Shown: positions 1 through 8,589 of the stretch, in pieces | Position numbering within the stretch: the first letter of the stretch is position 1 | Layout: each line of letters starts with the position of its first letter | Source: an uncultured virus (IMG/VR IMGVR_UViG_3300023119_001136) | Taxonomy: Duplodnaviria > Heunggongvirae > Uroviricota > Caudoviricetes | Virus record (IMG/VR): IMGVR_UViG_3300023119_001136 | Location: 1 to 64,000 of that record | Direction: 5' to 3' (one strand) | DNA: 64,000 bases | The notes under the pieces: model-generated | What the model was told of the DNA's origin: nothing | The model's input: only the letters and a program-made list of their open reading frames with translations | The model's database searches: none | Translations under genes and position numbers: made by a program

Positions 1-700
1 GTATGGCTAGTGCTACCACTGCTATAGCATGTTTCGCATGTTCGTCCAACATACTGTATATATAACCTCGACAAATAACGAGTCACGAAGTATGAGTGCT
101 ACGAGTTATCGAGTGTAGCGAGATATTATCAAGTGTAACAAGATATATCAACGCTAAATAAAATCACTGCGTACAGTGCTTACTCGCAGTTTGAACACTC
201 TAGTTAGTTTTGGAATAGTCATAGACCCAATTCGAAAAAAACAAACTAGCCGACACACTGTACGCATAATTACTATATGTTTCCAAGAAGACTATATCCA
301 GAAACGCATCGTACTGCGTATCAAATTCAAATATCATACGCTACAGCACCAATGGCTTGGGAATCACAAACACAGTATTGGGTACTACACTTGTACACTC
401 AACACGGTGTAGATTCCTATCAGACTTCGGAGCGTACTATAGCATTTACGTGCGAGCGTGATAGAGCTTTTGCGAGTATGGTTATACAGGATAAGAACCG
501 TTATTTAGTTACCCTTTGATTTCGACACCGTTTAGCAGGTCGTTTGGTATCGTTTTACACGGTATCTAGGAAATTGTTTTGTTATAGTCATCAAGTACTG
601 TGATACTCTAACTGAAATTTTTGCGTAGCAAACGCTTCGCGCTGTTAGAAAAATCTGCGTACCGTTTCACGGCTTTTGGGAATCGCGCACCGCTTCGCGG
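1..700. other. Apparently non-coding, inverted-repeat-rich region (candidate origin, terminus or large ncRNA)
   Basis: No convincing ORF; 11-bp inverted repeat 168-178/256-266; several hairpins; five TGCGTA/TACGCA copies; three TTC/GAA-loop mini-hairpins at 633-700. Confidence 0.5.
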
Positions 701-982
701 CTATACGGGCTTGATGTGACTGTGTTGTAGTGCGAATATAGTGTGTTCTGGTTCAGTTGAGTCACAGTCTACATATATGTCACAACGGCAGTATACATCA
801 CCGGGCAGTGTTTGTGAGTTGGATCTTTGTAATACCCACTCCCATGCATTTTCTTCTATGGTTTTGTAAACTGCTTCGCCAACTGCTCTGCGTACCCATA
901 ACTGTTCTAGATTGGTGTTACGGTGCGACCATTTGTACTCACACTGAGCGAGATAGTAACGAACGATTGTGCCATTGTTCAA
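701..982 (-). CDS. Hypothetical protein
   Basis: 93-aa ORF, TTG start preceded by TAGGAG, co-oriented with neighbours. Confidence 0.65.
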   Translation of the reverse strand: MNNGTIVRYYLAQCEYKWSHRNTNLEQLWVRRAVGEAVYKTIEENAWEWVLQRSNSQTLPGDVYCRCDIYVDCDSTEPEHTIFALQHSHIKPV

Positions 983-1019
983 AAGTATATACTCCTAACT
1001 TATATAGTTAGCAAACCGT

Positions 1020-1439
1020 CTAGAGGGGATATTCGAAATTCTGGCAACTTTCTCCTTTGCGTAGAAATGTTGCACCGTTTGAAATATGGAAGCGTTCTGC
1101 CATTTCAGTTAACGGTGATAGTGTAACCATTCGAGAATATAGATCTTGTGCATTGTCTCTTAGTTGGTTAATTATAGTCCTACCTGCACCTTTGTTATAA
1201 CTCCAAACAGTATATGCAACACATACCGTACCTTCAGGATCAGATAATTCAAACATTTCTTGTTCTGTAATAGGAACATCTTTACACAGTGCAAAACACA
1301 CAACAGCATCTACACGATCGTTGTTTTCAAGCACCACTATGCTTCGACCACCGCCCACACGTTTTTCAAATGGGATATGAGGACGTACTGGATCCTCTGT
1401 AATTAAATCACGTTCATTAAATGTGATGTTTCTTATCAT
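1020..1439 (-). CDS. Small GNAT-fold protein resembling the malonyl-CoA decarboxylase catalytic core
   Basis: Motifs AYTVWS..KGAGRTII, VTLSP, RFHISNGA; ATGA overlap with helicase stop. Confidence 0.6.
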   Translation of the reverse strand: MIRNITFNERDLITEDPVRPHIPFEKRVGGGRSIVVLENNDRVDAVVCFALCKDVPITEQEMFELSDPEGTVCVAYTVWSYNKGAGRTIINQLRDNAQDLYSRMVTLSPLTEMAERFHISNGATFLRKGESCQNFEYPL

Positions 1440-2863
1440 TCCTCTGTACCTAAATTATTAATAAATGCTCTAAGCCGAGTTGAATCTGTTTCGGCTCGAA
1501 TCTTTCCTACAGTATCACCTTCACTTGGATCTTGTGATACTTCGTCTGGTGCAGTTGGCGAATTGCCACGCTTGAGTTGATCATAGATAGTTGCTTTGCG
1601 TTTGTCAAATTCTTTATAGTCTTCGTCGTCGCCTAAGTCGCGAATACGTAAACTGTCTATGTCAAATTCTAGATCAATTTTTTGTCCAACACCGCTTGAA
1701 CTTCTAGTTTTCATTAACTGTATCTGATAGCGCCCACGCTCACGCATTGCTCTACTTGTAAAGATACCTATGAGGTTGTCCGCCGTGTTAATTTTCGATA
1801 TACCGCCACTAATATGACTATGGTCAAATTCTATCTCCTCTACTGAACTTCTATTCAACTGAGATGCTGTAACAAAGATACAATTAAGTTCCATTGCCAA
1901 GTTGCGTAGTTCTTCTGATACATACTTGTCTTTAACAAACAAGTTTTCTGCTGAAATCTTTTGTCCAATTGGATGCATTAGATCCAAATAGTCTACAAGC
2001 ACAACATCTACTTTTTTGCCTGTTTTGATTTCATATTCTTTTATATATGCACGTAAGTCATTTGCATTCTTGCCTGTAGGCATATACTTAACTTGGAATG
2101 CACCTGACTTTTTACCAATCATTTTAACTTTCATTTCAACATCATCAATGCTCTTGAAAATGTCTCTGCTTGGAATGTCAGTTGTCATTGAATCAAGTCG
2201 CATACTAACCAATGCTTCTGAAAGTTCAAATGTAAGATACAATACATTCATTCCTGCTTCACACCAGTTTACACCCATGTTAGCCAAGAACAAACTCTTA
2301 CCTGAACCAGAGCCGCCTGCAAAGATATTCAGTTCGCCTCTGTTGAATCCGCCAAACAGTTTCTTGTCTAGACTTGGCCAACCTGTGCTTACCTGTCCGT
2401 TTTTATCTTTGATGCCTTCTAATCTGCTTCTAGGGTCTGCAAAATAATCTGTACCTAAATCTTTTTGTAGTCCAATCTGTACAGCCTTCTTAACTAGGTC
2501 TTCAACTGGTCCATACTCACCTTTTTCAAGCAAGTCTGCACTCTTTAAAATTGCTGTCTCTAGTGCTTTGTGTCTTGAAAATGTTTCAAATTCTGCCAAT
2601 AACCAATCATAGTGATTTTCTTGTAGTTGCCCTGGATCTTTTAAATTTTGATCTGTTGCTGCGTTGATCATATCAAATGTAGGCAGAGCATTGTGTTCTT
2701 CTACATAGTCTTTGATAAACTTTGCTGGTTCTTGTAAACGTCTGTCAAATGTCTGTGGATCAAATACACCTTGACAGCGCACAAAACTTTCTGCGTCTGT
2801 CATAAACATTTCTAGATATACCTTTTGTATATCATAACCATAATCTGTGTTCTGTCTTGTCAT
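1436..2863 (-). CDS. gp41: Replicative DnaB-family helicase (T4 gp41-like)
   Basis: Walker A GGSGSGKS, FELSE, LVDYLDL, TASQLNR, KTR motifs. Confidence 0.95.
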   Translation of the reverse strand: MTRQNTDYGYDIQKVYLEMFMTDAESFVRCQGVFDPQTFDRRLQEPAKFIKDYVEEHNALPTFDMINAATDQNLKDPGQLQENHYDWLLAEFETFSRHKALETAILKSADLLEKGEYGPVEDLVKKAVQIGLQKDLGTDYFADPRSRLEGIKDKNGQVSTGWPSLDKKLFGGFNRGELNIFAGGSGSGKSLFLANMGVNWCEAGMNVLYLTFELSEALVSMRLDSMTTDIPSRDIFKSIDDVEMKVKMIGKKSGAFQVKYMPTGKNANDLRAYIKEYEIKTGKKVDVVLVDYLDLMHPIGQKISAENLFVKDKYVSEELRNLAMELNCIFVTASQLNRSSVEEIEFDHSHISGGISKINTADNLIGIFTSRAMRERGRYQIQLMKTRSSSGVGQKIDLEFDIDSLRIRDLGDDEDYKEFDKRKATIYDQLKRGNSPTAPDEVSQDPSEGDTVGKIRAETDSTRLRAFINNLGTEE

Positions 2864-2869
2864 ACGTTA

Positions 2870-2898
2870 ATTATACTCGCAAAATTAAAAATTGTCAA
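2870..2898 (-). promoter_or_regulatory. Sigma70-type promoter for helicase (predicted leaderless)
   Basis: TTGACA-17nt-TATAAT, then 6 nt to ATG at 2863. Confidence 0.85.
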
Positions 2899-3194
2899 GC
2901 CCAACCCATTACTAATTTTGTATCTTCAGGTACCATGTCTAGACTAAACGGTGGGTCAAACACCAGTGTAGTGTTAGCAGTTTCTATACCATCAACACCG
3001 AGGATTGCTTCTCTAATATCTTCACATATTTGATCAGCAAAAGGACACATCATACTTGTTAGTGTATGTCTAACTTCACAGTGTGAATCTACAACATCAA
3101 GTTCATAAATTAGTCCTAGATCTACTACGTTGATACTTATTTCTGGATCATGCACTTGCCTTAGTGCTTCAATTACTTGCTCTTTTAATTCCAT
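2895..3194 (-). CDS. DUF59/SufT-like Fe-S cluster assembly protein
   Basis: DPEISINVVDLGLIY and TLTSMMCP motifs. Confidence 0.88.
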   Translation of the reverse strand: MELKEQVIEALRQVHDPEISINVVDLGLIYELDVVDSHCEVRHTLTSMMCPFADQICEDIREAILGVDGIETANTTLVFDPPFSLDMVPEDTKLVMGWA

Positions 3195-3870
3195 ATTCTT
3201 TCCTTAAAAACGGTAATATGATTCTTTTTGTATAGAATCGTTGCTGCTTAGGTGATGGATGATCGTCTCCTGGTACAGTAAACGGTGTGCCTTGAGATAA
3301 TGAGAACTCATAGATACTAGGTAAAAATTTACTATGATCTAACATGTCATAAAGATGTTTACATGCAGGATGATCTACAAATTCAAATACTGCGTCTTTG
3401 TAGTTAGTAAAAAAGTATTTTATATTGTTTGCTTGCAAATACCATTGCACTCTCAACATGTGTTCCAGAGTTTCTATTTGGTGTTGTATTTCGTTGGCCT
3501 GTCTAAAATAATCTCTGCACATTTTGTTTTGCCAAAATGCATTAAGCAGTGTCCATGCACCAGTATCGTCCGGATTAAACTTATAGGGATTTGTAACCCA
3601 TCCGTCTGCTGGATCACGCCAGTCTTCCATGTTATTGCCATACTTTTCTTTTCTATCAATTCCACTCCACATAACACCAACTAATATATCTCCATAGTTG
3701 TGATTGTGTAATTTAAAAAGCAAGTCTCTTGATATAATGCCATTTCCTGCGCTAGGCAATCCACAGTGTGTAAGAGGCACATCTAGTGCTATAGATAACC
3801 ACTGTGGCCATGTTCGTGGATCCTCACTTGTAGCATCACTAAAACTACAACCGCTACTAATCAATCGCAT
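3169..3870 (-). CDS. Hypothetical protein, SGNH-hydrolase-like
   Basis: N-terminal SGCSFS, AGN, C-terminal DDHPS. Confidence 0.55.
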   Translation of the reverse strand: MRLISSGCSFSDATSEDPRTWPQWLSIALDVPLTHCGLPSAGNGIISRDLLFKLHNHNYGDILVGVMWSGIDRKEKYGNNMEDWRDPADGWVTNPYKFNPDDTGAWTLLNAFWQNKMCRDYFRQANEIQHQIETLEHMLRVQWYLQANNIKYFFTNYKDAVFEFVDHPACKHLYDMLDHSKFLPSIYEFSLSQGTPFTVPGDDHPSPKQQRFYTKRIILPFLRKEYGIKRASN

Positions 3871-5321
3871 GTGAAAACTTTTACTCCGTAGTGCTGTTCA
3901 AATTCTTGTGCATCTTCAATTGTATTAACAATAGGTTTGCCTTTGATGTTTAGGCTTGTGTTTAAAAGTATAGGACAGCCTGTTTCTTCATACCAACGTT
4001 CTAGCAGTTTTCTAAAGCCCACGCTTTGATCTGCAGAAACTGTCTGAACCCTACTGGTGCCGTCCCCGTGGATGATTGCAGGTAGTCCAGTATCCTTGCA
4101 AGTTGCAGTGTATTGCATAAAGGGTCCGACATGTCCGTCGAAATAGGTAGGCGCATGTTCCTCCAGTACTGCTGGTGCAAATGGTCTAAACTTCTGTCTT
4201 CGTTTGATTTCGTTAACTCTGTCTTTGATGTCTGTACCTCTTGGATCTGCGAGTAGACTTCTGTGTCCAAAGGCTCTAGGGCCAAACTCGGCCCTGCCAT
4301 TAGCCACACCAACAATACCAGTAGTAAGTAATTCTTGTAGTGCTTTTTCAACAGGATATTCTCCTTCAATATTATACCCTGTGTACACATGCTTCAGGGG
4401 CATAAATTCTTTTTTGTGTGCAAGTACACACCCAACGCTAGACCCTGCATCACCTGGATTAGGCATTATCCATACGTTGTTAAAAAAGTCATGGGTAATG
4501 TGATTGGCTGAGCAATTTAATGCACACCCTCCCATTAATACAAGATTTTTGCTATCAACTAGGTTGCTGGCTACATCTAATACGCCTTTAAATATCTGCT
4601 CATATGCTTTCTGGGTAGCAGCAGCAATGTCAAACATGTCTTGTTCACTAGTAAGATCAGGACGCCACCATAGGCATCCTCTGTGTAAATTTTGTTTAAA
4701 ACTTACAGGGTCACCTTTTAAATCAATAAAGTCTTCAACAATATCCTTTAACAATCGATTAGGGTCGCCATAAGCAGCCATACCCATAAGAATATATTCA
4801 TCTTCTTGAGGCTTTAATCCTAGTCTTTGTGTGAGTGCCGAGTACCATAATCCAACGGAGTTAGGGTACGATCTAGAATAGACCTTTGTGAGTTTTGTTT
4901 CATTTGCTTCCCAGATTGTGAGTGTGTCAAATTCTCCAATACTGTCGATACTAACAACACAGGCTTCTGTAAAAGGACTAGTATAATAACCGGCAGCAGC
5001 ATGGGAAAGATGATGATCAGTATACCTAATAGGAACAGATATCCCATAAGATCTAAGATAACGTTTAATATTGTTTTCCCTAAATTTGATCCCTTGCCCT
5101 GCTCGAAACTGTCTAAGAGTTTTGACAAGGGGTCTTTCATACCAAATAACTTCATCTGGTTCTCCCCAACGTTTTGCATACTCTATTAATTTATCATTTA
5201 AATGCGCATCGTTTTTTACACCACTAAAGCGTTCGCTGTGGCTTGCAAACTCTAATCCGTCATCTGTAAATACTGCTAATGCAGCATCATGGCTGTTAGC
5301 ACTTATACCCCATGTAATCAT
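3861..5321 (-). CDS. Carbamoyltransferase (NodU/CmcH family)
   Basis: HDAA, HHLSHAA, MGMAAYG, GGCALNC, PGDAG, EFGPRAFGHRS, FRPFAP, LNTSLN. Confidence 0.95.
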   Translation of the reverse strand: MITWGISANSHDAALAVFTDDGLEFASHSERFSGVKNDAHLNDKLIEYAKRWGEPDEVIWYERPLVKTLRQFRAGQGIKFRENNIKRYLRSYGISVPIRYTDHHLSHAAAGYYTSPFTEACVVSIDSIGEFDTLTIWEANETKLTKVYSRSYPNSVGLWYSALTQRLGLKPQEDEYILMGMAAYGDPNRLLKDIVEDFIDLKGDPVSFKQNLHRGCLWWRPDLTSEQDMFDIAAATQKAYEQIFKGVLDVASNLVDSKNLVLMGGCALNCSANHITHDFFNNVWIMPNPGDAGSSVGCVLAHKKEFMPLKHVYTGYNIEGEYPVEKALQELLTTGIVGVANGRAEFGPRAFGHRSLLADPRGTDIKDRVNEIKRRQKFRPFAPAVLEEHAPTYFDGHVGPFMQYTATCKDTGLPAIIHGDGTSRVQTVSADQSVGFRKLLERWYEETGCPILLNTSLNIKGKPIVNTIEDAQEFEQHYGVKVFTCD

Positions 5322-5623
5322 ACTTCTATATCTATAATTTGTCCTTGGACTTCTAATTCGCTGACTGTGCTTAGATCTCTGTTGTATCTAAGAGCAGCCT
5401 GTTGTCTAAGATCGGCAATTTCTTGCAATCGATCTTCTATTGCTTTTTGCCAAGCTAGTTTTACTTCTGTTCTGCTTGCTGCTTCAACTACACGCCTACG
5501 ATCTTTTTCTATAGGAGGTGTAATGTTTTCACTGTTTGCGTAAACATGTTGATGCCCGTATAGTTGTGCTTGTATTTGTTGTTGCACATCAAAGGGCATC
5601 CCATTGGTTGGTAATGCTTTCAT
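5318..5623 (-). CDS. Hypothetical protein
   Basis: ORF; start moved to ATG 5623 after CAGGAG. Confidence 0.65.
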   Translation of the reverse strand: MKALPTNGMPFDVQQQIQAQLYGHQHVYANSENITPPIEKDRRRVVEAASRTEVKLAWQKAIEDRLQEIADLRQQAALRYNRDLSTVSELEVQGQIIDIEV

Positions 5624-5624
5624 A

Positions 5625-5726
5625 TCAACTCCTGTCAATTGCCATCTGCATTAGTTTTTCTGGTAAACTGCATACCCAAATATATGGTACCCAAAATAGT
5701 ATGTTATAGATTATTAGTTCTATCAT
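5625..5726 (-). CDS. Small hydrophobic protein (33 aa, MIELIIYNILFWVPYIWVCSLPEKLMQMAIDRS), not in ORF track
   Basis: Translated manually; tiles between neighbours. Confidence 0.5.
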   Translation of the reverse strand: MIELIIYNILFWVPYIWVCSLPEKLMQMAIDRS

Positions 5727-5877
5727 TGTGTACTTTCTCCCAATACTGTTCTGTGTCTAACTGTGGCATAGTCTTTTGTTTCTCTTCATATGCTATTCTG
5801 CGTTTACGTGCTTGGCGTATACCCCACCAAAAATATAGACGCCAAAACAATTTTGTACCCATTAACCATTTTTTCAT
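5704..5877 (-). CDS. Small protein (57 aa, MKKWLMGTKLFWRLYFWWG...), not in ORF track
   Basis: Translated manually; ATGA overlap with upstream small ORF. Confidence 0.6.
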   Translation of the reverse strand: MKKWLMGTKLFWRLYFWWGIRQARKRRIAYEEKQKTMPQLDTEQYWEKVHNDRTNNL

Positions 5878-5996
5878 TTGTAGATGAACGGATCTCGTTT
5901 CTTCATCTCTGCAAGTTTCTTTTTGAACTCGCGTTCTTCTTTATACCATGTAATAGGCCAAATAATAAATGACCAAATCTTTTTTAAGTAAACCAT
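5874..5996 (-). CDS. Small protein (40 aa, ending KKRDPFIYK), not in ORF track
   Basis: Translated manually; overlaps primase 3' end; RDPFIY-type peptides are recalled as neighbours of carbamoyltransferase genes. Confidence 0.7.
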   Translation of the reverse strand: MVYLKKIWSFIIWPITWYKEEREFKKKLAEMKKRDPFIYK

Positions 5997-6979
5997 TTCT
6001 TTGCTTTCAATCTTATTTTTAAAGGACTGCTTTCGGCAGCAGAAGTAATACTGTATAGCGTATATAACCTACCGTACTTATCGACTGCATCTCCTATATC
6101 ATTTATGTCCTGACTCCAGTCTGGCATACTCACAGACCATCCTAATTCTATTGCACGTTCGACAAGTTTGCTGCCTGCTTTATCTCTATCTGGAACAACA
6201 TATATATCTTTTTGAAGTCTATTGAGAAGTAGTGCTTGTGCGTCATTTATATCACTTCCTCCTATAGCACAACCTTCTACGTGTAGTGCATCGATCTGTC
6301 CTTCACATAATATACAGAATACTTTGTTAGGACCTTGTTCATCTAAATTAAACACATAACCAGGTTGCATGGTAGTTAGGTACTTACTTTTGCTTTCCCC
6401 TATTGCACGGGCTGTATATCCAACTACACGACCTTCGTAGTAGAAAGGTATAATAAGCCTATCACGGTAACCTAAACTAGGCGACCAATAATATTCAATA
6501 TCATCTACACGCAGATTACGTTCTAGCATATATTGAAATACACGCACCATGCGCTGATCTAACTGTCCTGCTTCGACCCACTGGTGCTCTGATAGTTTAA
6601 CGGCATCATCTGGCAACGAGACAGTTTTGAATGAAGGCATTTCGGCAATACGTGTTTTTGCTTCTACGCCTTCATTCTCTCGCATCACTTCAAGTGCTAC
6701 CTTGTTGATTATATCGTCAGGTGTACCCATCCATTGTAGTAACTTACGCATCTTGTGTGAAAATGGTCGTCCTGGTTGCCATGAAGCTTTGTAACCACAG
6801 TTAAAGCAATGATAACTTATACCGCCATCTGTGTTACTTATAAGGCCGCCTCGGCCTCTAGTATCTGCACTATGACCGTTATGATGACAACAAGACGCAT
6901 TAAAGGATAGCCACCCGCTAGGCGTTGTTTTACGCTTTTGCGGCAAGAATGTCAGAACTGTATCAGCGACTATACTCAT
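5984..6979 (-). CDS. gp61: DNA primase (T4 gp61-like)
   Basis: N-terminal Zn-binding CCHH...HCFNC; Toprim CEGQID and PDRD. Confidence 0.9.
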   Translation of the reverse strand: MSIVADTVLTFLPQKRKTTPSGWLSFNASCCHHNGHSADTRGRGGLISNTDGGISYHCFNCGYKASWQPGRPFSHKMRKLLQWMGTPDDIINKVALEVMRENEGVEAKTRIAEMPSFKTVSLPDDAVKLSEHQWVEAGQLDQRMVRVFQYMLERNLRVDDIEYYWSPSLGYRDRLIIPFYYEGRVVGYTARAIGESKSKYLTTMQPGYVFNLDEQGPNKVFCILCEGQIDALHVEGCAIGGSDINDAQALLLNRLQKDIYVVPDRDKAGSKLVERAIELGWSVSMPDWSQDINDIGDAVDKYGRLYTLYSITSAAESSPLKIRLKAKKWFT

Positions 6980-6985
6980 ACAATT

Positions 6986-7014
6986 ATAATAGCATCAAGC
7001 TAGGTTAAAGTCAA
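6986..7014 (-). promoter_or_regulatory. Sigma70-type promoter for primase (predicted leaderless)
   Basis: TTGACT-17nt-TATTAT, 6 nt to ATG at 6979. Confidence 0.75.
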
Positions 7015-7376
7015 TGATTTAATTTAATACTGCCAATAGAACCATCTGTCCAACTGTTGACAGTTGCTCTTACCCATACATAATTACCTGTAAAGTTTTT
7101 GATAAAACTACCATCGCTTTCTGTTGTGTCAGTAGCAGTGCTTTCGTGTTCTGTTGTATCTAATGTAAACCAGTCGGCTGTGCTTGGATCTACAGCAAGT
7201 GTTGCTTGCATAACGATTTTGCCAATAAAACCTGTAACAGTATATTGCACACTATGGAAGCCATCACTACGTCCATAGTATCCGTCACCTCTGTATTTGT
7301 CTCCAGTGACAGTTTCAGTTGTGCTATCGCCCGGATGCACTTGATTTGATAATATTGTTTCACTATTACTTGGCAT
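7011..7376 (-). CDS. Hypothetical, probable virion protein; paralogous to the C-terminus of 7389-8183
   Basis: Thr/Ser/Gly-rich; shared HxV.Y..GxxGxxxxQATL...W.T...NFxG...R; late box 4 nt before ATG. Confidence 0.7.
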   Translation of the reverse strand: MPSNSETILSNQVHPGDSTTETVTGDKYRGDGYYGRSDGFHSVQYTVTGFIGKIVMQATLAVDPSTADWFTLDTTEHESTATDTTESDGSFIKNFTGNYVWVRATVNSWTDGSIGSIKLNH

Positions 7377-7388
7377 AATGTATTTACC

Positions 7389-8183
7389 TTAATTACGTAC
7401 TAAAATTTTAGATATACTTGTTGTAGGATTGCTAGTTGTCTTAAATCTAAGATAACTAAACACACCATTAAAGTTTGTTGGTACAGGTTCTGTTTCGCTA
7501 CCTGTAAGTGTTATTGTAGATACAGTTGTCCAATTATTTGTACCTGTAATTTGATTATCGAGTGTTGCTTGTACTTCTACATCACCAGCATATCCGTTGT
7601 TATATATTGCTACAGTATGTAATGCTTCGTTGCCATTTAAACCAGGGTGTGCTGTAATCTTATCTGCATCGTCATTACCTGCAAACCATTCGTCTGTAAC
7701 TTCTTGCCAGTTAGTTACAGTAATACTATCTTTAGGACCAGGCATAGCATTGCCATCTAAATAAATTGTTCCAGCAGCACCAAAGTCTCTATCATTATAA
7801 GTTACTGTTCTAGTTTGATTAGACTCTAGAATCCAAACAGTGTATGACAAGTACTGTTGATTTACATTTAGTGTATCTGCATCAGTAAATGTAAAAGTAA
7901 AGGTTCCTTTTGTACTTGCTGTTGTGCCGTCGTCTGTAACTGTTGCTGCACGTTCTATAATTTTTGTATTTTCTCTATCAAAAACTGAAACATATACTGA
8001 CTTTCCAAATACGTTTACTGGTTTTTGATCTGCATTAAGCATACGGAATTGAACTGTATTGTCAACTCCTCTATAAATTTTTACTGTTCGTTGATACACT
8101 GGTCTATACTCCACGTTAAACCCGGCATCGTTTGAGATGACTAAAATTTGATCATTTACTAAATATCTAGGTATAAGTTGCAT
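7389..8183 (-). CDS. Hypothetical, probable virion protein
   Basis: 264-aa beta-rich ORF; TAAATA at 8205-8210 and AAGGA upstream. Confidence 0.7.
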   Translation of the reverse strand: MQLIPRYLVNDQILVISNDAGFNVEYRPVYQRTVKIYRGVDNTVQFRMLNADQKPVNVFGKSVYVSVFDRENTKIIERAATVTDDGTTASTKGTFTFTFTDADTLNVNQQYLSYTVWILESNQTRTVTYNDRDFGAAGTIYLDGNAMPGPKDSITVTNWQEVTDEWFAGNDDADKITAHPGLNGNEALHTVAIYNNGYAGDVEVQATLDNQITGTNNWTTVSTITLTGSETEPVPTNFNGVFSYLRFKTTSNPTTSISKILVRN

Positions 8184-8220
8184 TACCAGGTCCTTTACTA
8201 AGTATATTTATCGAGAGCAC

Positions 8221-8589
8221 ATGTTATTAAAAGAGATAGAAAAACAATTTCCATATATTAGCGTTGTAGCATACGGCGGAAAAGAGTATGTTGGTATAAT
8301 CACGAATCAAGATCAAACTGTTACTACAATGTTTGTATATACTGATTTAAAAACAGATAACGATAAAAAACTGTTACTTGATTTAGGAGAAATTTGGTGG
8401 TGGGAGTCAAATAGAATGTTACCAATTACAACATTCTTAAGAGAAGAAATTTCACCGTTAAAATATTCAATGATGACAATGAATACAAAAGATGTAAAAG
8501 TTAGTGTCGGACCTTGTGTTAATGTAAACAATTTGACAATTAAAAGAGTCAAAAGAAAAAGTGTTCAATTAATTAAAAAAGTTACTTAA
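8221..8589 (+). CDS. Hypothetical protein (divergent orientation)
   Basis: 122-aa ORF filling the gap; stop overlaps the mini-DnaE stop. Confidence 0.75.
   Translation: MLLKEIEKQFPYISVVAYGGKEYVGIITNQDQTVTTMFVYTDLKTDNDKKLLLDLGEIWWWESNRMLPITTFLREEISPLKYSMMTMNTKDVKVSVGPCVNVNNLTIKRVKRKSVQLIKKVT

Noticed and set aside
176..519. Plus-strand ORFs 176-412 and 277-519
   Set aside because: They overlap each other, lack RBS or recognisable motifs, and lie in an inverted-repeat-rich region; not supported as genes, though not excluded
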